Of a stretch of DNA of 64,000 nt, positions 47,099-56,657 are shown piece by piece. The notes below the pieces were generated by a model. It was given only the letters and a program-made list of their open reading frames with translations, was not told the DNA's origin and made no database searches. Both the position numbers and the translations under genes were made by a program. Origin of the DNA: an uncultured Thermodesulfobacteriota bacterium (GTDB taxonomy: Bacteria > Desulfobacterota > WTBG01 > CAIYCZ01 > CAIRTM01); NCBI GenBank assembly GCA_964621615.1, contig CAZUMW010000009.1:24802-88801 (forward strand). Reading direction: 5' to 3'. Positions within the stretch are counted from its first letter, which is position 1, and each line of letters opens with the position of its first letter.

Positions 47099-49096
47099 TT
47101 AGTACTTTATTGTAATGCCTACGGTAGTCGAACGCTCCGGCCCCCCCGGTATAGTGTCAATATTCCTGCGCACAACCTCTGCATACGTGTAGTCTTCATC
47201 AAAAAGGTTGTTTACCGTTAAAAACAGCTCTATATGTTTGTTAATAGCCGGCCGGTAATACACGGCTATGTTTGTGGTAAAAAAGGAATTCGACTCTTCC
47301 CAGTCATCCCGATACCGCGTTGCGGTGCTCAGGGTGAGACAGTCCCAGGGCTTGTATGTGACGCCGAAATTCACCATATGGCGAATGATATAGTCGAGGT
47401 GCTCATGCGTTTCGTGGTTTTTTGTGTCGAAGGTATAGGTGCCGTTAAGAAAAAACGTGACTGTGTCCCGGTATGAATATTTCAGCTCGTACTCGAGTCC
47501 GTGAATTTCCTGCTTGTCCGCATTTTCATAGGTCGGCATGCCGTCCGGCCCCTCGACGCGGTATATGGGATCGCTGAGCTTGTTCCAGAAATAGACAAGT
47601 GATGCGGACAGGCTGTTCTGAAAGCTGTAATACAGGCCGGCATCGAGACCCCGCATCGTTTCAGGATCAAGGTGACGGTTGCCCCGAATAACCGGGGTCG
47701 ACGTGCTGAACAGCTCGTAATAATTCGGCGAGCGATACGAGGTTCCATACAGCAGCTTGGCCACCAGCCCCGGCATAAGCCGGTAGACAAGGCCGGCGCG
47801 ATAGTCGGCGTGATTTTTTGTAACGCTGTTATAGGTGTAGCGCAGCCCCCCCACAAAATCGAGCTTTTTGCTTATCGAGTAATTGAGGTTGCAGTACCAG
47901 GCTTTATCGCTCGTGTGCTGATCCGTCCGCCACGGGGAGATGGCCAGGCCGTGTGAGGTGCGGCGGCTCGCCACCTTGTAGGGATTTGCATGGTAGCGGT
48001 CATACAGTATCCCGGTTATCAGGTGAAGGCGGTCCGGGAGCGTTATCTCAGCGTACAACTCAGCGCCGTATTTGTAATTGTTATAGGATGATTTGGCCGG
48101 GTCATGCGCAGACGGGTCAATGGTGTATACGCCGTAAATGCGGTAGGAGCGGTCAGAATAGTCGTATCTCAGCGTTCCGTGCAGGGTGAGCCAGCTGTTG
48201 CAGCGGTGAGCATACCGGGCATCAATGAAAAACTGGTGTTTGTCCAGCTCGCGCGCCCGGAAGGCCCTGTCCGGCAGCAGGCCGATTTTGGGGGTGTTTT
48301 TTTCATTGAAATATGACAGATCGATTTCGAGATCTTTGTATGCAACTGTTAAGAACATGGTGGTGTAGTTCATATAGTGGCGGTGTGACAGCCCGCGCCC
48401 GCTTTCATCCTGCTCGGGCTTGATCCTGAGCGTATCGCCGTGCTGATCTCTTACCGATGCTGCCAGAAAGTAGCGAAGGTCGCCCCTGGTCTGCGCTGTT
48501 GTGAGGCGGGCTTCATGCGTGTCAAACGAGCCGTACTGATATCTGAGCTCACACCCTGCATCGGGCATTGTCTTGCGGGTTATGATGTTGATAACGCCGG
48601 TGAGCGCGTTTGTCCCGTACAGCACTGATGCGGGCCCGCGCACCAGCTCGATTTTTTCTATTGCATTTATCGGGATTGCGTTTACCTCGAACGCGCCCTG
48701 GGCGGGATAGTAGGTCGGGTGGCCGTTTACGGTAAAGAGGACTTTTGAGTTGAAGTGCTGCCTGCCGAAATTGTTCCGGATTGAGAGCTGGTTGAACGGT
48801 GTTACGTAGGAATCGTAGTGAAATATGCCCGGCATGAAAGCGATTGCCTCTGCCACGGTATGCACGCCGAGATTTTTTATGTCCTCGCGGGTGAGGACGC
48901 TTGCGATGCCCGGGGCATATGCCACGGATTCCTCTCGTTTGGACACCGCCTCAACGGAAACGGCCATCAGCTGCTCGAAGGGCATTTCGAACAGGCTGTC
49001 CGATTCTTTTTCACCGGCGCGCGCCGGCCCGGCACCGCCTATGGTGAGCAGAAGCGCGCTCAGGAGAAGACAGCTGTAGACAATTTTTTTTACCAT
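47099..49096 (-). CDS. TonB-dependent receptor
   Basis: Signal peptide; SLFEMPFEQLM, plug domain IEKIELVRGPASVLYG; barrel; terminal NNLFDEDY..GITIKY. Confidence 0.93.
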   Translation of the reverse strand: MVKKIVYSCLLLSALLLTIGGAGPARAGEKESDSLFEMPFEQLMAVSVEAVSKREESVAYAPGIASVLTREDIKNLGVHTVAEAIAFMPGIFHYDSYVTPFNQLSIRNNFGRQHFNSKVLFTVNGHPTYYPAQGAFEVNAIPINAIEKIELVRGPASVLYGTNALTGVINIITRKTMPDAGCELRYQYGSFDTHEARLTTAQTRGDLRYFLAASVRDQHGDTLRIKPEQDESGRGLSHRHYMNYTTMFLTVAYKDLEIDLSYFNEKNTPKIGLLPDRAFRARELDKHQFFIDARYAHRCNSWLTLHGTLRYDYSDRSYRIYGVYTIDPSAHDPAKSSYNNYKYGAELYAEITLPDRLHLITGILYDRYHANPYKVASRRTSHGLAISPWRTDQHTSDKAWYCNLNYSISKKLDFVGGLRYTYNSVTKNHADYRAGLVYRLMPGLVAKLLYGTSYRSPNYYELFSTSTPVIRGNRHLDPETMRGLDAGLYYSFQNSLSASLVYFWNKLSDPIYRVEGPDGMPTYENADKQEIHGLEYELKYSYRDTVTFFLNGTYTFDTKNHETHEHLDYIIRHMVNFGVTYKPWDCLTLSTATRYRDDWEESNSFFTTNIAVYYRPAINKHIELFLTVNNLFDEDYTYAEVVRRNIDTIPGGPERSTTVGITIKY

Positions 49097-49254
49097 GCGG
49101 GCCGCCTGTACAGAGTGCGGGCTGCCGTGGCATATGGTATCAGGAAGAATAATGGTGTGTATGCTGTTCATCTCACCACATGCGGCGATGGAAAACCGGT
49201 TTTTGAATGTAGCGTTAACGTGTGCGCGCCGGTGAAAGCCTGCATCATCCGAAA

Positions 49255-50289
49255 TCACCGGGGCGCGTGTTCAAGGACAGCAGCAGCATTGAGCACTGTT
49301 TCCAGAAGACCGGGAAACTCGCGGCGGCGCCTGAGCGTATTTTTTAAATGATCGAGCCCTGCAGGGATATACCGCAAAAATTCCCGTTTTCCTTTTTTCA
49401 GCCCCAGAAATGAAAACGCCGCCAGCGCCTGCATGGTGCGCTGCAGCGATGCGTAATCCAGCAGCGTGAAAAACTGTTCAGTGTCGCTAAATGTATTCTC
49501 ACACAAATCATTCAGGGTGTCAATGTAGTAGTGTGCAATCAGGCGCTGCTCGTCGGGCTCAAGCACGAAATAGGCATCCTTAAGCAGCGAGGCCAGGTCA
49601 TAGTGAACGGGACCGCGGGTGGCTGTCTGGAAATCGATAATGCGTATCTGATCGTTTTTTACATAAATATTTTTTGACTGAAAGTCCCGGTGCATAAAAT
49701 GCCGGGGGGCGCCGGACAGCGCTGCCGCCAGCATATGGTATTCCTGCTCGAGCGCGCTGGTGCTGTTTCCGGTGACTGCACACATCGCCTCCAGGAATGA
49801 CTCTTTAAAATAGTGTGTTTCAAAGCGAAACGCTTCATAGCCGAAGCAGCGCCCCTTCAGCGCGGGGCACATCTCAAGGTCTGTGCCTGCCCGGCTGTGG
49901 AGGCGGGCAAGGAATGCCGCAGCGCGCCGGTACCAGGATCGTACTTCCAGCCGGGTGGAGCATCCGTGCAGTACGGTTTCAAGGCTGCTGTCGCCGAGAT
50001 CCTCCATGATAAGCAGCCTGTTTGGCATATCGGCGGCAATTATGTGCGGCGCGCCGAGCCCCCGGTCAAAAAGAAATGCTCCGATGTCGCAATACTGCTG
50101 AAGCTCATGGTTTGAGCGCGGATCGTGCATGATGACATACCCGTGGCTTCCGGACCGGAGCCGGTAAAAGACCCGGTCCGACCCCCCTCTGGCAAGCTCG
50201 CACAAAACAGGATTTTCAGAGCGCAGGCCCGGAATTGCCTCATAAGCAAAATCAAGCATTTTCCTGTGCAGCAAACTCCCTTCAGACAT
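49255..50289 (-). CDS. Phosphotransferase, AmgK-like (MurNAc/GlcNAc anomeric kinase)
   Basis: RGGSDRVFYRL, MEDLGD, HRDFQSKNI, IDFQ..GP..YDLASLL; adjacent to a nucleotidyltransferase. Confidence 0.8.
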   Translation of the reverse strand: MSEGSLLHRKMLDFAYEAIPGLRSENPVLCELARGGSDRVFYRLRSGSHGYVIMHDPRSNHELQQYCDIGAFLFDRGLGAPHIIAADMPNRLLIMEDLGDSSLETVLHGCSTRLEVRSWYRRAAAFLARLHSRAGTDLEMCPALKGRCFGYEAFRFETHYFKESFLEAMCAVTGNSTSALEQEYHMLAAALSGAPRHFMHRDFQSKNIYVKNDQIRIIDFQTATRGPVHYDLASLLKDAYFVLEPDEQRLIAHYYIDTLNDLCENTFSDTEQFFTLLDYASLQRTMQALAAFSFLGLKKGKREFLRYIPAGLDHLKNTLRRRREFPGLLETVLNAAAVLEHAPR

Positions 50290-51211
50290 ATTCGATCCAC
50301 CCATCGCCGATAACCGCGTTTGTAATGCGGGCGTTTTGCTGTATGCGTGCGTTGTCCCATATCACGGCGTTGTTCAGATACGCGCCGTCGCCGAATGTGC
50401 AGCTGCTGCCGGCAGCAATAAAGCCCTCGAACCGGACATTTCTGCCAAAAGCACACCCCGGGCCGAAATGCTGCCGGCTTTTGGGGATAATACGGCTTTC
50501 CACGAGGGCGCATTTGTCTACAAGAATGTCCCTGTGGGCGCGATGATAGCGTGCAGCTGAGCCGATATCACACCACGCCGGTGCTTCAGGGATATATGCG
50601 CATATCGACCCCGGCCTGCGAAGGACAGCGCGCAGCAGCACGGGTATAAGGTCACCGGGCCCGGCGGGCATATCCGTCAGCAATTCAGTGCTCAGGCAGG
50701 CTATGCCGGCATAGGCAAGCGTTGCAGCCAGGCCGGGAGGGGTAAGGGTGTTGCGGAGATCGACGATATGGTTGTACGTGTTTATGCCTACATTGTTATG
50801 CGGGGGGTGATCGTGCAGAGCCAGCGCGCCGAGAAGCCGCTCCGAGCGGCATAGCGCCATGAGGGGCTCAAGTGCGATGTTGCTGAGTATATCGCCGTTA
50901 TGAACGATGAAATAATCGCTGTCTTTCAGCCATGAGCGGAATCCGCCGATCCCCCCGCCTGTGCCGAGAATCTGCGGTTCATGAGAGTAATATACCGGCA
51001 TGCCGGGCATGTTTTCTGAGATGCAGCTGCGGATACGGCCGGCATGGTAATGCGTGTTTATGCCGACTTCCGTTATGCCGCTTTTTTTGAGCTTGTGCAG
51101 AATGTGACAGATCAGGGGGCGGTTCAAAATGGGAACCAGCGGCTTCGGCACTATGGATGACAGCGGCCGCAGGCGCATGCCGTATCCTGCTGCAAGAATT
51201 ATAGCCTTCAT
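50282..51211 (-). CDS. NDP-sugar pyrophosphorylase, MurU-like
   Basis: MKAIILAAGYGMRLRPL..PKPL, LGTGGG, HNGD, WCDIG; short beta-helix tail. Confidence 0.85.
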   Translation of the reverse strand: MKAIILAAGYGMRLRPLSSIVPKPLVPILNRPLICHILHKLKKSGITEVGINTHYHAGRIRSCISENMPGMPVYYSHEPQILGTGGGIGGFRSWLKDSDYFIVHNGDILSNIALEPLMALCRSERLLGALALHDHPPHNNVGINTYNHIVDLRNTLTPPGLAATLAYAGIACLSTELLTDMPAGPGDLIPVLLRAVLRRPGSICAYIPEAPAWCDIGSAARYHRAHRDILVDKCALVESRIIPKSRQHFGPGCAFGRNVRFEGFIAAGSSCTFGDGAYLNNAVIWDNARIQQNARITNAVIGDGWIEYV

Positions 51212-51306
51212 GGTCTGCCGGTTTTGTGATAGGTTACGGTCATATGTGAAACGCCCTCTCTTATATATCATACGGAAATGTGAATTAAAAGAAAGGAGCT
51301 GATTCA

Positions 51307-51738
51307 ATGCGGGATATGACACACGGCGAAATTATGGACTTCATTTCCTACTGGACATGGGGGACCCTCATCGGTGTTGAGCGCAGCCGCCCGTATGCCG
51401 TCGAGCTGTCTTATGGCACGGACGGAGATTTTCTGTACTGCGGCTCGATGCCCGGAGGGCGCATGGCCAGATGCGTGCGCTCCAACCCTGAAGTCGCGTT
51501 CAAGATCTGTGAGTGCGGCCGGAACTATGCGCGATACCGGGCGGTGCTTATTGAAGGCAGAGCGGAGCTGCTCACTGCAGCAGAGGATATCCGGTACGCT
51601 GTTCGCCGCATTGCACTGCAGGCGGGGCTTCCCGAGCATGCCTTTGACGGCATCGTGCAGCGCGTCGCCGGTCATCCGGAAAGCAACTCGGTAAAAATCC
51701 CCCTGTCACGCGTGAGCGGAAAAAGCGCAGGGTATTAG
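51307..51738 (+). CDS. Pyridoxamine 5'-phosphate oxidase-like FMN-binding protein
   Basis: PYAVELSY, SNPEVAFKI, YRAVLIEGRAE, SGK. Confidence 0.82.
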   Translation: MRDMTHGEIMDFISYWTWGTLIGVERSRPYAVELSYGTDGDFLYCGSMPGGRMARCVRSNPEVAFKICECGRNYARYRAVLIEGRAELLTAAEDIRYAVRRIALQAGLPEHAFDGIVQRVAGHPESNSVKIPLSRVSGKSAGY

Positions 51739-51790
51739 TGCTTCCCTAACCCGCACACGCCGGAAGAGATCAGTTTTTCTGGCAGCCATT

Positions 51791-51861
51791 GCAATCGTTG
51801 TCATATTCGATGCAACAGTGATCAGTGAGGCAAACACGATTACGACCACGGCAACGATTGC
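51791..51861. repeat. Palindromic (GACAAC)-type element, degenerate copy 2
   Basis: GCAATCGTTG..CAACGATTGC arms; ACACGATTACGACCACGGCAACGA matches copy 1 at 21/24 positions. Confidence 0.65.
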
Positions 51862-51928
51862 GTTTAGCACTGAATTTTTTGCGCTCTTATGTCAATCAAT
51901 AAATGCTTAATGCCTGTCATTCTTTGGG

Positions 51929-51957
51929 TTGACGCACACTAAAATTTTTCCTATACT
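51929..51957 (+). promoter_or_regulatory. Sigma70 promoter for the substrate-binding protein gene
   Basis: TTGACG-N17-TATACT. Confidence 0.7.
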
Positions 51958-52011
51958 CACGCACATTATCTGTCCGGGTTAATCATTTTTCAGCCTATGA
52001 TGGAGGGGACG

Positions 52012-53337
52012 ATGAAAAAAGGATATGTACATTTTTTTTCTGTTACGCGCACGGGGGCGCCGCCTGTAATCGCCGCCGCTCTTTGTGCGGGTATAGCAGC
52101 GCTGCTGCTCTGTGTGAACCCTGACGCTTATGCCGCTCAGACTGTCAAGCTGGGCTTTATCTATCCGAAAACCGGCTCGTACGCTCTTGTCGGGGCTGAT
52201 GAGTTTCAGGGTGCCCGGCTTGCGGTTAAGGAGGTAAACAGTGCCGGCGGCATACAGGGTAAAAAGCTGTCACTCGTATCGCGGGATACCGGCGCAACGC
52301 CCGAGACCGCCGTTTCCGCCGCGGCGGATTTAATAGACAAACAGGGCGCTCGCATGATATTCGGCGGCGCCACCAGCAGCGTTGCTCTGGCAGTAAGCGA
52401 TCAGTGCCAGAAGAAAAACACCCTTTTCATGGCAACCGTTGCCGGCACCCCTTCGCTGACCGGTTCGGATGCCCACCGCTGTACCTTTCGCGTCGGCTAC
52501 AACTCATGGATGGATGCCAGCGCGCTTGCATTTTTTCTCAATGAGCACTATCCCGACAAAAAGTATTTTTATATCACTTTTGATGCGCCGCTGGGAAAGC
52601 GTATTGAGAGCAATATCCGCCAGCTGACCGGCACCGAAGATACCGGCGTTCACAAGTCGGTGCTCACCCCGTTTCCTACCGCAAAGCCGGATGATTTCCG
52701 CCGGGCGATAAAAGCGGCCGAGAAAGAAAACCCGGATGTTCTGCTTATGGTTCAGCTGGGCAAAAACATCTCAACGGGGATAATGCAGGCGACCGTTCTG
52801 GGCGTAAAAGACAGGATGCAGGTCGTGGTGCCGTTTTTAGAGCTGACCTCAACCCAGGGGCTTCCGCCCAAGCTGCTTGAAGAAGTGATCGGGACCACTG
52901 ACTGGGCATGGCAGGTACCGTTCCGGTTCCGCTACAGGCGCGGCATGTCGTTTGTTGATACCTTCAAAAAAACTTATAACCGCTATCCGTCATGGGGAGC
53001 TGTTACTGCATATACAGCTGTGCATGAATACGCTGATGCCGTGCGCCGCGCCGGCTCTTTTGATACCGCAGCGGTTATCAGAGCGCTTGAGGGCCATGAG
53101 TTTGTGCTGCTTAAAAACAAGCAGACGTGGCGCTCCTTTGATCACCAGTGCGTTCAGTCTGTCTACATTTTGCGGGGCAAGCCGGCATCCGAGGCGGTTC
53201 ATGACGAGTCGCGCCGTGATGTGTTTGAGGTGCTGACCAGCATACCCGGATCACACTGCGCGCGCAGCCGGGATGATTTCGAGCTGGTACGGAAAAATGC
53301 GGGCAAGTCCGTTTCCCTCGAGCCGCTGCCTGAATGA
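52012..53337 (+). CDS. Branched-chain amino acid (LivJ/K-type) ABC substrate-binding protein, with no permease nearby
   Basis: VKLGFIYPKTG, LAVKEVNSAGGIQGK, GGATSSVA, YRRG..FV..F...Y.RYP, ALEG; RBS GGAGG. Confidence 0.88.
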   Translation: MKKGYVHFFSVTRTGAPPVIAAALCAGIAALLLCVNPDAYAAQTVKLGFIYPKTGSYALVGADEFQGARLAVKEVNSAGGIQGKKLSLVSRDTGATPETAVSAAADLIDKQGARMIFGGATSSVALAVSDQCQKKNTLFMATVAGTPSLTGSDAHRCTFRVGYNSWMDASALAFFLNEHYPDKKYFYITFDAPLGKRIESNIRQLTGTEDTGVHKSVLTPFPTAKPDDFRRAIKAAEKENPDVLLMVQLGKNISTGIMQATVLGVKDRMQVVVPFLELTSTQGLPPKLLEEVIGTTDWAWQVPFRFRYRRGMSFVDTFKKTYNRYPSWGAVTAYTAVHEYADAVRRAGSFDTAAVIRALEGHEFVLLKNKQTWRSFDHQCVQSVYILRGKPASEAVHDESRRDVFEVLTSIPGSHCARSRDDFELVRKNAGKSVSLEPLPE

Positions 53338-53341
53338 CCGC

Positions 53342-54100
53342 TCATATTCCCGCATAGAGCATAGTGATCCAGCTGCGCAGTATGCTGTGAGCATACGTTT
53401 TCAGAGTGCAGCCCGGCTCTGCGATGAGCCCGGTCATGTCGAGGAAGGTTTCTGCAGCCGGAAATATTTCCGGATCGTGCGTGTGCATGCATATGCCCTC
53501 GTATGCATTTCTTCCGAGCACAGCGTCGTCATACGGCTTAATGCGTATTTGAGAGGCATGCGCTCGTATCGCTTCTTTTTTGACTTCGCGGTACGGGGAA
53601 ATATCGACTGCTTTTGTGAAGGGCAGGCCCTGGATTGACGACCATACGGCATACCCCCATAGTGTCTGAGCCCCTGCGCCCGCCTGCCTGACCGCCTTCG
53701 CTGTCAGCTCTGTTACGCGCAGATGAGTCGGGTGGCGCTCAAACGGGCATGGAGCGTATATGATTGCCGGCCTGACAGCGCCGATAATGCCGGCAATGTC
53801 CCCCGCAGCTTTTTCTGCGGAGCTCTCCTCCGACAGATCGGAGCGTGCATACTGCAGAAAAAATGCGCCTGCAGCGCCCAGGATCTGCAGCGCGGCACGC
53901 GCTTCGCGCTCGCGCAGCTCCGAGCCGGCGGTTACGTATACCGCTACAACCGGAGCGCCGCCGGCAGCGTGCCCGGCCAGGGTACCGCCCGCTCCGATAA
54001 CATCGTCATCCGGGTGCGGTGCTATTACCAGTACCGTATCGGTGTGCTTTCCCCAGTCAGGGGCTTTTCCAGCGCCGGTGGAAACAAACTTTTTTTGCAT
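53342..54100 (-). CDS. PIG-L family deacetylase
   Basis: APHPDDDVIGAGGT, ERHPTH, KKEAIRAHASQ. Confidence 0.9.
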   Translation of the reverse strand: MQKKFVSTGAGKAPDWGKHTDTVLVIAPHPDDDVIGAGGTLAGHAAGGAPVVAVYVTAGSELREREARAALQILGAAGAFFLQYARSDLSEESSAEKAAGDIAGIIGAVRPAIIYAPCPFERHPTHLRVTELTAKAVRQAGAGAQTLWGYAVWSSIQGLPFTKAVDISPYREVKKEAIRAHASQIRIKPYDDAVLGRNAYEGICMHTHDPEIFPAAETFLDMTGLIAEPGCTLKTYAHSILRSWITMLYAGI

Positions 54101-54145
54101 TCAGCCCGCTCATCTAACACGCTGCGGCCTGCTCTCCGGTTTCTG

Positions 54146-54685
54146 TCAGTCCCGAAGCGCCGGAGACATGTAGGTCAAAAATGCAACTTTCAGCTCCGAG
54201 CCGTTTTCTTTGGCCAGAACCATTCTTATGGTTATCGGCTCCTCGACGCCCGAGCATTTTACCAGATAATAAATAATATAATAGGGCGGCTGCTTCTCAA
54301 TGCGCAGCACCTGGCAGCGCCCGGGCATGCCGATGCGCTCTTTTCGCCGCTCATTTATTCGCAGAAAGGTGCTTTTGTCGCTGTGGGCGCGCTTCCAGGC
54401 CTCATTGAAGTCGCGGATGTATCTGTCATGATCATCCTCCCGGATTGCCTCAAGAATATTGTCGATAATCGGCCGGGCCTGCTCGACTACTTTCTTCAGC
54501 TCCTTTTCCGCCTGCTCCTTTCGCTTCTTTTTTCTGGCTTCGGCTGCCTCCTTTTCCCGTTGATCATCCTGTGATTTTTCAACGTTCGCGGGCTCGGCTT
54601 CAGCGGGCTCTGTGCGCGTTTGCTTAACCGAGCAGGCAGCTGTCATCAGGTATGCGCCCAGCAGGATTATCAGTGCGTGCTTCAT
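54146..54685 (-). CDS. Lipoprotein, DUF3887-like C-terminal domain
   Basis: Lipobox TAAC, charged linker, small alpha/beta domain; RBS GGAGGG. Confidence 0.7.
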   Translation of the reverse strand: MKHALIILLGAYLMTAACSVKQTRTEPAEAEPANVEKSQDDQREKEAAEARKKKRKEQAEKELKKVVEQARPIIDNILEAIREDDHDRYIRDFNEAWKRAHSDKSTFLRINERRKERIGMPGRCQVLRIEKQPPYYIIYYLVKCSGVEEPITIRMVLAKENGSELKVAFLTYMSPALRD

Positions 54686-54716
54686 ACAGGTTCCCTCCGT
54701 AAGAAATAGTAACAGG

Positions 54717-56300
54717 TTATTGTATCTGAACAATACGGGTGCCCGGATAGTAGTGCTCAAGAATGGCGGCAGGCGAATGGCCCGCGTGCGCCATAGAGTA
54801 GGCGCCCCACTGGCTCATCCCTACGCCGTGCCCATAGCCGCTGCCCTCAAAAACATAGCCGTCTTTTGTTTTCTGAATGCTGAAAAGCGTGCTTTTTACG
54901 GTGCCCGGTCCGAGCATAAGCCTGAAGCTGTTGCCGCTCAAAAGCAGCGGCTTCCCGTCAATGCTCAGCTCGATTTTTTGTATGCGCCGGGTGTCCGAGC
55001 GGGCCAGCGGGCTCAGCCCGGCAAGCTCGCGGGCGTGTATGTCAAAACCCGCAAGATGATCACATATGGAGGCGCCGGTCAGGGTGGAGCGCCAGCGTGA
55101 GCCGGGGCGGCCTTTGCTGAAATCATCCGCGACGGCAGTAAGGTAGCTCCGCCGTCCCGCCCACACGCCGCTGAGCGATTCGGTGCGGCCGCCGCTGTTT
55201 GCATGATACAGGGTCAGCGGGACCCTGCGATTGTGTATCAGTATGCGGCCGGCAGTGGCTTTTACCGCCTGCGTTGTAGCCGGGTGCTCTCTGCTCATCC
55301 CGCCGTATACCTGTGACGATGTCGTTGAAAAAACATCATAGGGCTTTTTGCAGCGCAGGCACATGTGATAAACCGCATAGGTACGTGCTGCGATTGCCTG
55401 CGCCTGCAATGCTGCGGCAGGCCATGCGGGGGATACCTCGCGGGGAAGCACGCCGTATAAATACTCATCCAGCAAAACCCGGTTAATAGCGATCAGCCTG
55501 CTGCCGGCGCGATGAAGGTGTATGAGACCGCGGTATGGCGTGCCGTTTACACGAAGCGCGCGGTGCGCTTCAGGCTGGACGGAAACGGTGCCGGAGCCAA
55601 GCGGCTTTCCGTCCATGAATATGTGATCATAGCCGTCTATCACCCTGCAGGAGACCTCGTTTTTTTTAGCCAGCATACTTCCGTCACTGCTGATGACCCG
55701 CATCCCTCCGGGGCATGAAATGTTCAGCTGTCCGGTGCCTGCGCCGATCAGCACCCGGACATGTGTGCGCAAGCGGTCCCCCGCACTGGTGCGTACGCGC
55801 CCCTGATCGTCCAGATGGGGCAGCGGGGGATGCTGCCCGGGGCCGGCTGTGCCGTTGTCTTGTCCGTGACCGCCGGAGGTTATGCGCTGTGCAAGCTCGC
55901 TGATCCTGATGAGTTCAGCGCTGCCCGCGCCTGCGTTCCGTGCCGCGCGCAGGTGATGCAGCGCCTGCCCGGTATCTCCGATATAATTGTAATAAAGCTC
56001 TCCAAGCGCCAGATGCGCTGAAGCCGCAACCTGCTGATTCCCCGCGTTCATGCAGATGTCGCGGTAAAAGCTGATCGCCTCAAGATAGCGGCCCCGTTCG
56101 CGGTATGTGTCCGCGCGGTCAAGAAGTGCGCTGAAATCCCAATCCGCTTCTGGGTTTCGCTGAGCATCTGACAAAGCGCTGCCCATGCATCCGCTTGCGA
56201 ATGCCGTGCTGCACAGCAGCGCGGCGAGCAAAGCGGCTCGTATCACAGCGGCGGTAACGGTGTGGCGGCGTGTGCTGAAGCGATGCGCTATCTTTTGCAT
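54717..56300 (-). CDS. SpoIID/LytB-domain protein with an N-terminal TPR
   Basis: YLYGVLPRE, AQAIAARTY, SQVYGG, YHANSGG, GSGYGHGVGMSQWGA, ILEHYYPG. Confidence 0.92.
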   Translation of the reverse strand: MQKIAHRFSTRRHTVTAAVIRAALLAALLCSTAFASGCMGSALSDAQRNPEADWDFSALLDRADTYRERGRYLEAISFYRDICMNAGNQQVAASAHLALGELYYNYIGDTGQALHHLRAARNAGAGSAELIRISELAQRITSGGHGQDNGTAGPGQHPPLPHLDDQGRVRTSAGDRLRTHVRVLIGAGTGQLNISCPGGMRVISSDGSMLAKKNEVSCRVIDGYDHIFMDGKPLGSGTVSVQPEAHRALRVNGTPYRGLIHLHRAGSRLIAINRVLLDEYLYGVLPREVSPAWPAAALQAQAIAARTYAVYHMCLRCKKPYDVFSTTSSQVYGGMSREHPATTQAVKATAGRILIHNRRVPLTLYHANSGGRTESLSGVWAGRRSYLTAVADDFSKGRPGSRWRSTLTGASICDHLAGFDIHARELAGLSPLARSDTRRIQKIELSIDGKPLLLSGNSFRLMLGPGTVKSTLFSIQKTKDGYVFEGSGYGHGVGMSQWGAYSMAHAGHSPAAILEHYYPGTRIVQIQ

Positions 56301-56550
56301 GCAGGAATGGTTATACCCTCAAAAAAAAGTTTTCTCATTATGCTCTGCAGGCTCCCCGTTTTTGTTTGCGTAAATATATAATACTAACAGTGGTGAAAAT
56401 CAAATCCAATCAGAAAAAAATTTTTATACCCCGGCTGCGCCTGTGTGCCTGTATGTCAGGCCCGCAGCTCCGGCCAGTGATTGCACCGGCACAGCCGCAG
56501 ACATGCCGCATTGATGTAATGGTATGCAAATGCGCTTCGCCGCCGCTTAG

Positions 56551-56579
56551 TTGACTTGCGATGATTTCGTACTTATGTT
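56551..56579 (+). promoter_or_regulatory. Sigma70-type promoter for clpB
   Basis: TTGACT-N17-TATGTT; no CIRCE element seen. Confidence 0.55.
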
Positions 56580-56657
56580 TTAACTCGACAGAAACGAAGA
56601 AACTGCCGGCCTGCAGGTCGCCGGCAGCAGCAATAAAGCGGAAAGGAGTTCGTGCAT

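Noticed and set aside
56603-56627. clpB leader hairpin as an RNA thermometer or CIRCE
   Set aside because: It does not cover the RBS and does not match TTAGCACTC-N9-GAGTGCTAA.
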